From NCBI GenBank assembly GCA_036172245.1, contig JAYWIR010000002.1, forward strand, positions 2,046,001 to 2,110,000: a stretch of DNA of 64,000 nt, in the 5' to 3' direction. The stretch is from Raillietiella orientalis (Eukaryota). Position 1 is the stretch's first letter, and each line of letters opens with the position of its first letter. The position numbers and the translations under genes are program-made. Of this stretch, positions 37,300-49,450 are shown in pieces. The notes under the pieces are model-generated. The model saw nothing but the letters and a program-made list of their open reading frames with translations. It had not been told where the DNA came from and ran no database searches.

Positions 37300-39400
37300 T
37301 GTTCCTCCTCGTTCTCATCCGCCTTTTCTCGCTCACGTGAACGGACGGAGTGTCCATTTTCATCTGATCGCCTACAGCGCCGTTGCTAAGGCGTCATCGA
37401 CCAACTCACGTGCGGCTAACCGTGAGATGCGTGGACGCATTGCTGCAACACCTTGGCAGGGTTGGTTGCTAGCAGCTTGGCTTCTCAGCCGATCTCTGTT
37501 CCTCACCCCTGAAAAGTTTCGTGGGTCTCCTCCTCCGAAGGCCTCTCTTCTCGACTTGGATGCGCCGAGTAGCAAGCGCGCAGAGAACGGAAGGAGCGGC
37601 GGGGATAAACTCCAATCGTCCTGCGTTTCACTGAAGACGACGGCGGAAGGATTCGGCAACTCGGAGGACCTCGTTCCTCTATCCGGCCGGATGCTTTGCA
37701 GTCACAGAATCTTCAGAGTCTCAGACTCGACAAGCGGATCCGGCGACACCTGCGGAATGGTCGTTTTCTCTCGACGATCGGCATCGAAATTACTGGCGTG
37801 ACCTTACGAACCATGGGATCAAACGCAGAAGACAGTTCCAAAATGATCCATCCACAATCGGGCACCTAACCAACAGCTCATTAGACACTGCAGGCAAATC
37901 CTCCTCGAGGCATCTGAAATTCCGAAACGCCATTTGAAAGTAAAGCGAGACCACATGGTTATCCTCACCCTCTTCGTTGAAGTAATTAGTTGCAACAACG
38001 GTGAGGATGAAAACCCAAGCATCGAATATTTTTTTGATTGTATCGGTTCGCAAAATGTTAACACATACACACACAAAAATAAGGCATCAGGAATGAAACG
38101 AACCTACAGAAGGTATTCGAGAAGGATCTCCGTAGGCACACTCATGTTCATCTTACTTTCGTATTGGGACTGTTGAACAAACCAGGGTTCACCCACCGGG
38201 CGGAAATCTTAATTGGCTTCTTCGATTGCTTGTTCGCTGCGACCACACAGTAGTCTTGCATTTTCCAAAATTGTTAAACATACAAAACAAAGCAAGTTCT
38301 CATGGAACTCGTGTGAAAAAACAAACAAATTGCTGGGATTTTCAGAAACGAAACAACAATGCCTTAACAAGCAATCTTGCAAAACGATGAAGACGTTGTT
38401 TCTTAAGGCCCTGCCAGGTTTGCAACATTTTTCTTTCTTTTCTTTATTTCCACCGATTAGGCTTTCATTAAAGATGAGTGCTTTTGCTTTCAAGTCTTTC
38501 CGTTCTACGTATAAATGCCGATTACTGCTCTCAATTGAAATTAGGAACTCTTTCCCTTTCCCCCTCGGAGGTTTGTTTGATTTCTTTTTTTTTTTTTTTT
38601 TTTTTACTTTGCTTTTGATTACGTTCTCTTTAGCTTTGTTTGAATATATTTTACATGTGCTAAGATTTCTTTTTTTTTTTTTATTCATCCCGGTTTGAAC
38701 AACGGATATTTAATGGAACTGAATGCGTCAGTATGCTTCCTGTAGATGGTCTCACCATTGGCTCAGGTTTTCTGATAACTCTAGACTCCCGTCACTGATG
38801 CCCAAAGAACTTGATTTCCGAAGGAGTCGTGGCCTGCATCCAGAGAGGTAAGCAGAGAACTGTTTTGAAAGGAGCGTGACAGCGCTTGCCTGAGCGCCGT
38901 TTCCGCGAAAGTTGCTTTCGAGTTAATGAAATCGCTTGCAGCCTCATCGTTCAGCAGCATCAATTCTGGTATTATCAGAAAACACATTGGAGTCACTTAT
39001 CCAAATGAATTAATTACAGGCAGGCGCAACTTGCACCATGATCTTTCTCCTACGTTTTTTTGTAGGTTGCCTTACGAGATCGGAACCAGAGCAATCAGAA
39101 GATGTCTGCGTGTACATTCTGATTACCATGAAGTTCCCCGTCAGAGCTAAAGTAGATGTTTCCAAAAAAGAAAAAAAAAGAAAAAGAAAAAAAAAAAGAA
39201 AAAAAGGAAACACGGTGGCACTCTTTATTGGCGTTTCCTAATCGGTGGTTCGCCGCCGATTGTCGCTCTTGACGACTGCTGCTGCGTCCATTCGCAAGAC
39301 GGACGAAAAAATGATTCGTAAAGGCGGATCTGTTCTGATAAGTCGTCGTATCAGCAATTTTATGAGCACGGCAAGCCAGTCTGATGCTTGTGCTCATAGT
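37300..39400 (-). mobile_element. piggyBac (PGBD-type) transposase fossil, near full length
   Basis: TPMCF..LNDE (TPLELF..FDDE), KPPRGKGKEF...SSNRHLY (KPIRFGYK..SS.GYLY), MWSR, WLGARLWMDHF (MGGVDLMDQF), in order. Confidence 0.6.
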
Positions 39401-39479
39401 GATTCACTTTGGGTTCCCTGATGTCTGTGACTTATGCTCACTTTTTATTTTCAGGTGGGGAAGGGGGGGGGGAACAAAA

Positions 39480-40600
39480 AAAAGGATCGCATTAGTACTT
39501 TTCTCAAAGTTTAAGCAGTTAATAGAGAAACAGTGAATGCTGAAACATCCGGTTGAGTTTCCCACTTAGCAAACGATTCAAATGGTCAGAAAGTTAATCC
39601 CTGGCAAACAGTTGAGTACCGAAGACACCGATTCGTGTGCGATCTCAATCGGTCAAATTACGCTTGAAAAGCAGGAAAGTTTCAAGCATTTCTATAATTT
39701 CTAACCCCATGGACTGGGATTAGTGCAATCGTATTGTGTGTTCGGTTTTGGCTCGTTATTTTAAGGGAATCTGTTCTTGTTTGGGGGGGGGGGGAGGGAA
39801 TCAATCACAATTTTTCCGTTCGAAACCAAACTGCGTTTTACATTTTGTACGTTTCACAACAGAGCGTAATTTGTGCATCTGGATTGTGATAAGCATGAAA
39901 AGGAACCTTGAAGGAAATGGGATATTTTTTGATGGTGTAGTTAAATTTAAGAAAAAAATTTTCTTTTTCCTAATGATAATCCACCCTTATGAATCTGTGT
40001 TAAAAAATTTTCCTATTAAGGTTTTGTATCACACAATTAGTGCACTCTGAATTTGTCTTTCCACTGCAACGTATTTTAGGCAGTATTGCAAAGGTTCAGC
40101 TCTTCCCCTTAAATAAGTTTGCGTAATATGTACCTCTTGGCTTTAGAAAACGATTTTAAACAGCTTTAGGTTAAGGTTCATGTTACATGCACACACATTT
40201 GCATTATGTTTTGATATTCCCTTAAGTAAATGTGATTTAAACAGTTTTCCATGAAGATGCCGTTGCATGAAGTGTAAGACTTATTGAAAATCAAAAAGCT
40301 TTTGGAAGATCTTGATATCTTTTCCAAACCTAGAAAACAGAACTGAATACATAGCAAGGTAGCTGGAATTTTTCTTCCATTTCTAATCATGGTACTGAGT
40401 AAATGCACAACAAGCTCATCTTTTACTGGTAGCAAGCTTGAACTTGATTTCCCGTCAAATTCAGCAGTTGAAATAAGCAGTTTTCAATTGACCATCTTGG
40501 GTGTAATGATCAAAAAAAAGAAATCAGAATAACTTGTTAAGAAAAGGATTAAAGATTCATAATTCACAAGAATGATCATGTGATCTTAACCTGCTCATAG
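39480..40600 (+). mobile_element. Probable piggyBac transposase fossil
   Basis: LIPGKQLSTED (YIPG..LSIDE) with weak downstream remnants. Confidence 0.35.
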
Positions 40601-40833
40601 AATAATCATTGTAGAGTTTTTGTTTTTTTAGGCAAATTGCATAATTTAGCAAATCACAATCCTACTGAGAACTGTTCAAATTTGATTTCATTAAAGATAA
40701 TTTCAAAATGTCTTGAAAATCTTGCAGTAATATATTGATATATCTCATAGTTATAAGTACATAAGCTTACTAATAATGCAGCCACTTGCAATTGCAAATT
40801 GGATGCATTGATGATGATGTAATAGGTGATCAA

Positions 40834-43800
40834 ATGAAAATGACGATTTCATCTATGCCATCAAACAACTTCCCATTACTTCCTGAAGCACTTTGGGATA
40901 TATACCAAGGTATGATGCAGAGATGGAATTCTAGTTGCCTATCCAATTGCTCTGGACATGGGGAGTGCCATGATGGAACATGCTTTTGTGAAGTAATAAA
41001 AATCTGTTTTAATGATGTTTTAAATGCATGAATTTCTTTGTAGGTTCAGTTTCGTGGTGAAGCTTGTAAAAGCCCTAATCTTGCATATTACATCGGTTTT
41101 GCAATGATTTTTTATGGTATTTGCTTGGTATCAATTTTACAACTTCTTCTCTGCATTCGTGCTGAATTTTTACGGATGAAAAGACCTTCTTTATGGAGTG
41201 CTTGTCGTATCACTAATCAGAAACTACTGTACATTCTCACCTCTTTAGCAGCTGCCATTAGAGCTGTTCACTATTCAAGCATGGTATGTATTGATCACTA
41301 AACTGCATCATTTCCACTGATGCATGTAGGAGTGGACTCAAGAAAATGGCTGGCTTATGCAAGCATCTGGACTTTCTAGTGCATTTTATCCTATTGTCCT
41401 ATCTGGTGCATCTCTCCTGGTATGCATGTGGGCTGAGGTAAGCATTCCATTTGTCAGTACTTTATTTAACCTTCCACCAAATTTATCTAAACATCTGGCT
41501 TGCATGCTCAGTTTTAAAAATAAGAATATGGTAGCAACTGAGCATGATTTACCATATTCTTATTTTTGGCATTAGTTTGCTTAATGACTTCTTGAGACAC
41601 AGATGCTCAGATGATTAAAACAAATGACTATTTTTACAGTTATGAATCATGTTTACTCTGCAGCCCCCATGATTCCCCATGAACTTATTTTTTGTTCTTG
41701 CTTGAATGATCTTGTTTTCAGGTATTTCACTTACGAGATCTGACTGCCATGCCACATTTCTTAAGTAAATCCTTTGTTGGATTTTTAGCATTCAACATCG
41801 TTAATTATTCCCTTCTTCTGATAGAAGTTTGTTTGACTTCTTTCATACCATTCAGAAGAGAAGAGCAGGTAATAAATAAATACATGCATCATGCACTCAC
41901 TTTAGAAAAGTACATTTCATAGTATACACTATTGAATCCCATTGTTATTTATGTATAAAGTACGGCAGATTGTAACATACTCGGATTTAAAAGTATGAAG
42001 TTTTGGTTGCACGCCCCTCTATTTTGTAAACGTGCTGTACAACTGCATGTGGAACTGTCTGGTATAAACTAATTTTAAAAAGGTTGGTTATTTTGAACCG
42101 AACAGAGAAGCAGTGTCAGCTGTGGAAGTGGAAGGAAAACTAGGATTTCTTTCAGTTTTCCCGATCGCTTGCTGGCTATTGCAACGTACAAGTGCCTATC
42201 ATGGGAGTGTAGTCGGTTATGGAATCATGCTCATTCATATGGGAGTAAACAGGAAACAGAATTTTCTTTCGTTCGTATTACATAAAGACGCGAATTCCAT
42301 TGCAAAATCGCGATGCAATGGATTAACCGAACAAACTTTTGGCGAGAACTATTTTTCGGAGGCGAAGCACATTCCGTGGGTCCGAAGTGGGGCCGTCGTA
42401 TGAGAAATTACACTTTGCGTGACTGCGATGAATTACAGAGTAAACATTGCCGTCGTGCGCGGATCTTTCATTTGCCGTATGGTTGGTTAAATGTTTTCTT
42501 AATGACGTCTCAGCCAAGTAAAAAAAAAAAAAATCATTTCAATAACAAACAGAATTTCTTGCACGCTCGTCGCGAATGCGCATTTTTTCTCCTTTTTTTT
42601 CCTGCCATCCCTCTTAACTGATGCAGATTTGAAATTTGAAAAATCAGATTCACTCACCTGCCGGCGCGAGCTTTGGAAGCAAAAGTTCCTCCAATGCTTT
42701 TGGAAATGAGAGGAAAAAAAAAAAAAAAAATTAGGGTGACGTTCACGGATAAAAGTAAAGAAACATCCATTGTAGTTTCCTTATGAATTCTAAGCAAACA
42801 TTGTATTACAAAACTACTATATGCAAAACACGGAAAATTCGTTTAAAAGGTGGACTGGCTTTCGACTCTCAGCCTACAGGAAGGCATTGTGTCTTCTGTC
42901 GAGTTACAAAAAAACAAAAAAAAAAAGGATACGAGAAAAGGTGCTCATACTTAAAACCTCATGAATGGCCCCCCCCTCCCCCTCTTAAGACCCCTATTTC
43001 ACCGGCGTTTCGGCTTAGTAGATTTAAACAAGTGCGTTACCTGTTTTGAAAAAAAAACATATTTTGTGCCATCACAGATGCCTTCCTCAGTTTTCCCAAA
43101 TGCTTCAGCTTCAGAATCCAGGTCGCAGTTTGCGTGCACGTCCTGTCCTCGAGGTCACTGTTGCATTTCAGATTATAGTTCAGTGAACTTATTGAGGATG
43201 CCGTCTTATCGAGCATTCTGAAACAGAGTAGGCATCATCTCTGCGTTCTTTGGACCTTTGGAGCTTAGCTGGTGGCCATCCACCAACGAGGCTCGCAAAT
43301 ATACAGCAGTTGTCAGGGGCAATCCTGAAATCAGTGTTTAATTTCGTGTGTGCGTGTTTTGTTTTGTCGTTTTGAGGTTTGCATTCGTTATGTACGCGTG
43401 TTTTCGCAGTGGGGTGAAATCAGCGTCGGGAGCAGTCCAGTCGCATCACCACCATGTAATGTCCAGCGGCCATTACGTGGTGGCGGCGGCGGCGGCGGCC
43501 ATTTTCTCGGCCATTTTCTCGGCCATTTTTTCTCTCTGGTTTTGATCTCGGAAATTCTCGAATCCTCGCCGCGATAGACTTTTTGGAACTCGAGTTTGTG
43601 ACTGGCACTGCTGCTTTGTGCTGTCTTCGCTTTCATTTCGCACCGAAGCCGGCTGGACGCGGCGAAGTGGCGTGGGTGCGTGACCAGTGGTTAGTCCCAA
43701 CGGGCCATCCAGAAGACGAATCGCGCGACCCACTGATCGATTCGCAAGGAATTTCATTCCCATCGGCAGAGCGCGGATCGGATGAGCGTGCGTGGCTCCA

Positions 43801-45748
43801 CTCTGGACCTTGGCTCGAAAGCATTCCAGGGTGTTTTGCTATCGAGTCGCCGAGCCGGTTTCAAGTTGAATTCCATTCCATCTCCCGGCGAGCTGAAAGA
43901 CGCGCCTGCTCCCTCTGTGGGTTTCAAGTAATCGAGGTACTCCCATTACCCTCATCTCCGGGCGCGAATTCTCCCTCTCCATGGCCTGGTCCATGTTTGA
44001 TCCATGGTCTGCGCGATCCAGGTGGATGCCTGCTTCCACTCAGGCGTGTGGGATGTGCCGGCCTTCGCTGACGGAGCTCTATCGATCTCCCCAGTCGCCT
44101 AAATCCCGTGCCCTAATTCTCACCGTTCCCGAGTAGACCAGTGTTTTCTGGAAAGGAAAATGCGTGGTATGCTGCTGCGGGAGAAGCTGCCTCTGTTCGA
44201 CGCCGAAACCTTTGACTCCGCCATCTTCGTGCTTGGCCCGCGCGCACCGTCGTTTCAGTCGAATCAGAATTCGGTTTCGTTCCAAGAAGGAGATCGCGTT
44301 CAGCGTCCGTGTGAGAAGACGCTGCGGAAGGGTTGCTGCGTGGGCACCTCGGGTGATTCCGGTATTCTTCCGCGACTGCGGGGCTTTGCAGTTTGCGATC
44401 TCTTGATCGCTGTTCCGAGGCGCCATTTGATAACCAAAGTGATTTTTCTCTTCATCCAGCGCTTCTTGTCCCACCTGTTCAGCGGCTTTTATGCGTTTCT
44501 CACCTTCATTGTGGTCATCTTCTTTTTGGTGTACGGAGTGGAAGTGTACTTCAAAGTAAGTATTGCGACGAAGTTAGGGGTTTCCACAAATCTGTGAATA
44601 CCGGCAAAACTGTATTAACCTTCCCGTTTTGTTATTGACATTCAAGGTAAGAGGTGGCTTCGTGGCCGAATCGATGTTAACTATTGACAACAACCAACTT
44701 CACCAGTCACGTTTCGGCCTCGTCTTTCAAGCATCCATGCTGTTAGGCATCGTTGCCTTCTTGTTTTCTGAATTACTTTCAGAGTTTTGGAAAAACAAGT
44801 ATGGCTCGCTTTAGTTTAAGTGCTTAGGGACTGCTGATTGTCGTTGAAGGGCTTCTCTAGTCAGTCGCAACTTCCACCACGTGTTCTTCCGCATAGTGGA
44901 GCTTGCAGTCGCCCTATGGTTTCCTTGCGTCCTGTGGAACTGCATCAGGTAAAACATCCTTCCGGAGGTGAAGCGGATCACCCCCGCCCCCCTCCCTTTT
45001 GCAGTCCAGATCAGCTCTGGATCTTGAACCCAAAGAGAATACTGCGAAAGCTTGACCTGACGAAAGTCGAAATCAGAAGCGATGATTCTTCTGAGCTGAA
45101 AGCCATCCTAGGTACGTCGCTCCTATTTCTCCCCAGCGAGCCGTAGACAAAGAAGTACCGCAGGACCATTAGATTCCAAGAACGTTGAATGTTGGATTTG
45201 TTACGACAAAGACCGACGCGATGCCGGGCACTTGATCCAGCCGTGCAACTGCAAGGGAGACGTCAGCGTTGTCCACCATGACTGTCTCAGGAAGTGGTTG
45301 ATAGAGGTTTGGCTTCCTCGGAAGTGATACTGCCTCACCGCTGATGCGGTTCCAGAGTGCCAACAGCAAGACGAGTCTTCACTGTCAAGTTTGCAATGAA
45401 CCTTACGAGCTAAGGAAAAGCCACCCCATGCTCAGCCAGAGTTTGTCGCTGAAGCAGTGGCTGCACACCGTCGGTCTCATTACGCTGATGTGCCTGGCCA
45501 TCGGAGGAGGATGGTGCATCATGCAATTGTACGATAATACGGGAATGCGACTTTTCGGCTTCGGATCTTCCTTGGTGATCGTGTACCTTTGTTTGCGTTT
45601 CCTGGGCTTCAACATGGTGAACGCGTATCACCGCGCCAGGCTCTCGGCCTTTCGCATCTTGGGACGCTCCACCAACCTCCCTTCCCTGAGCGCTCACATC
45701 GAAATCCACGAGAGCGTGATTGCCAGATTGCCCGTTTCTTCTCTGTGA
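40834..45748 (+). CDS. Multi-pass membrane RING-CH (MARCH-type) E3 ubiquitin ligase: N-terminal EGF-like domain, 7 TM, C4HC3 RING-CH, 2 TM; 10 exons, about 547 aa (5' end uncertain)
   Basis: Exons: 40834-40992, 41044-41283, 41330-41437, 41722-41868, 44460-44555, 44647-44798, 44850-44948, 45005-45111, 45164 (or 45173)-45306, 45356-45748. All introns GT-AG and in phase. EGF-like CLSNCSGHGECHDGTCFCEVQFRGEAC; seven hydrophobic segments; RING-CH CWICYD...PCNCKGDVSVVHHDCLRKWLIE...CQVC; two more hydrophobic segments. Confidence 0.9.
41950..43220 (+). mobile_element. piggyBac transposase fossil in intron 4 of the RING-CH gene
   Basis: CWLLQRTSAY (MLC.S.TGY), GENYFS (DNYFTS), PTGRH, KRC, and C-terminal FACTSCP..CCI (Cys-rich domain). 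Confidence 0.5.
43560..44400 (+). mobile_element. L1/Tx1-like RT fragment in intron 4 of the RING-CH gene
   Basis: LIDSQGISF (SLDQEKAF) and SSPGANSPSP (GVRQG.PLSP); weak. Confidence 0.4.
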
Positions 45749-46149
45749 AAAGGGGGCTTGCGAGACAGCGATTGGAAATGACTACAAAGACATAAAGCAC
45801 CCTGAGTGCTCAGAATCATCAAAAAAAAAAACAAAAACAAAACAAAACAAAAAGAAAGAAAGAAAAAAAGAAAAAGCAAAACAAAACAAAACTTGTGATG
45901 GAACCTTAGAAACTTCTTCGTCCTGAAAAGAATTTCCTTCGTCTGATGGTCAGGTTTCCCATGGGAGCGAAAGTAAAGCATTGAGCGTCTTCACCTTTCC
46001 TTGCATCGTGAAATTTTACTGTTATATCGATACGTTTTGCCAATTACAAATCTATTTTACTTAAAGAAATATGTTATAGTTGTGATTGGTTGTACCGTTT
46101 TTTGTTTGTTTTGTTTTGTTTTGTTCTCTAATGAGAAATTCGGATTTTC

Positions 46150-46900
46150 ATTGTGATTTGATCCCCACTGGAATGAATGATTGCGTATTGCCTGCAGTCA
46201 GAATTTTTTTATATAGATCTCATGAAAACGGAATGAGTTCATCAGTGAAATAAAAGCTTTATAACAAACCAGTCTCTGATGCATTTGGACCCTCAGTGCT
46301 GTGGGGAACCGACATCCGAAGAATCGAGCGTGGGTTGCGGAGGCGATTCGTAGGGAAGGTACGGAGTTGCCTTTGCAGTGATTTGCTACTTGGGTCGGGC
46401 ATCTTCGTGACCCCGTTTTCAGACTGTGCGCTTTCCAGGCACATGCGCGCCGGCCACGTGAAGCAGCAAGGGTACCCACCGCAATCTTCCAGGAGGAACC
46501 CGAGCGTACCGAAGAGTGCGGCGTTTTTCGGTTTCGCTTTGTTTCTGCCGGTTCGGCGGGCGACGAAAAATGGAAAGGTGGCCGGGAAAGGGGATTTTGG
46601 GTGACCTCGCACTAACGTGGTAGAAACTTGAGGAGTGGACATTCCCACGTGGCTGAACTTTGCTTGCTTCGCCCCAGCCGCGCAGCCATGGAATGGAGGG
46701 AGGTTTTGGCAGTGGATCCTGGATCCTCCTTCCCAGGTTCCGTTCCGGCTTCAGTCCGAGAGGATGACGTGAGCACTTCCAGATCCAATCTGCTGGTTTC
46801 TTGTTGGAAACTCACCGACTGTTCCGAGGATGGCGGTGATAATCACAAAAGCGATTGCGGCCAGCGAGGTGCCGAAGCGAGCTCGAGTAATGTATGCGCC
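46150..46900 (+). mobile_element. piggyBac transposase fossil, N-terminal and central part
   Basis: EIKAL, LWGTD, RRFVGKVRSCL (RF..LLRCL), FALFLPVRRATKNGK (FRQYIPSKPAKYGIK). Confidence 0.45.
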
Positions 46901-46949
46901 TCTCAGAATTTATTTATTTTATTTTGTTTATTTTTTTTGGTTTGAGTCT

Positions 46950-48494
46950 GGTATTTGCCTGCTTCCGGTGTTCTGGCGTTTCATCAGTTGACTAGGTGTG
47001 CGACAATTTCCGGAGAATCTCTCTACAACCGAGTTGGGAGAGTGACGTCTTCGAACGTTGGTGCATTCTGCTCTCCTGGAAGTCGGCCGCTGCTCCCAGC
47101 TCCGCACCTCGAGTGCACGCTTTCCCGCTTGCTTCGAAGCAACAGCTCCTCCCTCCTTCATCTTCGTACGGCGAAAGCGAAACCCTGGGGAATGCTGCTC
47201 TCCGCTCCTTCTTTGATTTCTTACGCTTGTTAGGGAATCTCGAAGGGACCCTCTTCCTTATTCTTTCCGGAGGAACCCCTCTGAGGGGACCAGTTTTCAT
47301 TTCTTCTCCTGAAGGAACCCGCAAAGGAACCGCTCCTTGTTTCCTCCTCTGAAGAGAACCCGAAGAGACGCTAACCATTTTCTCCGAAGGGACGCTCCCC
47401 GAAGGGAGCAGGGCGCTTATTGCATTCTGGAGAGGTAATCCCCCATGGGGGGCATCAACCAGCTCCATGTTATGGCTCCATTTTCACCACCGGAGGGGAA
47501 CTCCGAAGGGAACGGGCTCCTTGATTCTTGGAAGGACCCCGGAGGATCAACTCCCAATCCCTGAGGCCAGTCAACGGAGGCATTTGGTTTCCACCGGTGC
47601 CGCACCCGCTTGTGGTTAGATGTGAAAAAATCTTGTGAAAATCTCCGCCAGGAGGAAAGGACTAGGCTAGTGGACGATGGTCCAGCTCAACGAGGCTGCG
47701 ACCCCGATTAGTCGACCTCGTGGACTTTTGCGCTGGGGTGTGCTACTGGGTATTCCGGAGGAAGACCTGCAATGGACCCCGGTGCTCATGAACACCCGCA
47801 CCCTCCATTTAAAGTGGCAGGAGTCAGCATTGATGCTGCACTGGGGCCTCCCATTCACCTCCCGCGGGCATCCTTGGACACGAGGTGGTGTGGATCCAAA
47901 CTGTGCAAGGTGAGGGGAGCGGGAATCCTTCCCTCACCTCCTAATGGACTGTGCTGCCTTTCGCCCCCTCTGGGAACGTTTTTCCGCGTCCCTAGAGAAC
48001 CCCCAGGGCAACCCCAGAGACGTTCTGAGGCGCCTCTTCCTGCGCAACGCCTTCACGCCGGCCGCATCTCTAGTAGCACTGCGCTGCCTACGCGGGATCG
48101 TGGCCGCATGGAGCAACGCCAGAGGCCAGAACGACAGGGACGCCATCTATTTTGCTGTCCTCTTCATGAGGATAGCATCAAGATGGTCCCATCTGGAAAC
48201 CTTAAAACGGGAACCAGCCGGAATCCTTACAAGGATGCAGAGGACACCTTCCAGCACACAGGGATCCCTTCCCGAATCCCCTCCCCATTTTTTCGACTGT
48301 ATGTTTTTTGTTTTATTTTTATTTTTTTGTTCGTCTCTCCTTTCCCTGTGCTGCCGAGGCGAACCTCGCTGGCCTGCATGTCAGTTCCCTGCAGATTCCT
48401 TCTGGTAGTCACAAGTAACGTGGCAGGATCAAACGTCGTGCCACAGACGTTCAGTTTTAATAAATAAACGCTCCGGCGTGGCCGGGTGTCAATC
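46950..48494 (+). mobile_element. 5'-truncated L1/Tx1-like LINE, close relative of 20215-23265
   Basis: About 47640-48494 aligns at nucleotide level with 22400-23265 (core roughly 85-90% identical by eye). zf-RVT LHWGLP..DPNCAR..ESFPHLLMDC..LW; AATAAA at 48463, hairpin, then TGTCAATC. Confidence 0.85.
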
Positions 48495-49450
48495 AGTGCC
48501 CCACCCTAAGTCAACCGAGGCCAACCCGCGCCACCCTGTGGGGGGACTCGAAACCCCCCCTTCTCAGCGTCGATCCTTCCCCGGGTGGGATGCGAACTCG
48601 CAGCACTTGGTGCCGCACGCAGAGACCGCTGTAGCCACACGGCCGCCAACGCAGGCCTCTGTTGATTTCTTCGGCGAAGGAACCTCTGCCTCCGACCTCC
48701 CAGAGCATCTCTGAGCGTGCTGCAAGGAATATCAGCAACAGCGGCAGAGAAGAATGCTCAAGCGGGTGGTGAGAGACATCCATCCCGAGACGAACCCTTC
48801 AGTGGCTTCGCCGTTGGAGCACCAAATCCCGTATCCTGCCCCCTACTTTCTTGCGAACGGCCTCCCGTCTGATGCCGCGTCAAGCACGGCCGCCATCGTC
48901 GACGCTCGCGCTGGCATGCGGCGAGTGCGTGGAATCCCGTGAGACGCCACGAAGACACTCGGAGCTCGGGATCTGTCGGGAGAAAACGGCGAAGGTCTGG
49001 AGAAGGGTAAATCCACGTTCCCATTACACAGAACGTAGTTTTCAAGGGCGAGTGCTTTTGCACGAAACGCGCTCCAGGCTCCACGCGTGTGCCCATCCTT
49101 GTTTACCGCGAGGTTCCCAAAGGAGCATTCATTTTTTCCGTGCAGGAAATCAACCGTTGCTTTTGCGAGAAGATGAATTGTTTTATTCTTCTTCTTCTGA
49201 TCTCTCATCGCAGAATTTTCTTGCCGCTGCCGCAGAGCGCCGTTTCCATCGCTGCCATCTGGGAATCGATTCTTCGTGTCGTTTGGCTCCACGATAGCCT
49301 CACCTTCAGACTCGCTCCTGAAGATTTTGGAGGGCATCTGCCGGCAAATTGTTAGCGGCTGTGGCGATGAGGTTTCGAGGGGTCAGCCTCGCGCGCTGAC
49401 CTTCCCCCGTCCACCGCCACCGCGTTCCTTCCGTGGAAACGGGATCCGAG
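48495..49450 (+). mobile_element. Decayed L1/Tx1-like LINE post-RT fragment abutting the previous 3' end
   Basis: YFLANGLP (KYLG.P), RSFQGRVLL (LS..GR..L), QEINRCF (K.I...F.W). Confidence 0.5.

Noticed and set aside
43497..43534. Three copies of GGCCATTTTCTC in tandem
   Set aside because: A short intronic slippage duplication with no spacers; not CRISPR-like.
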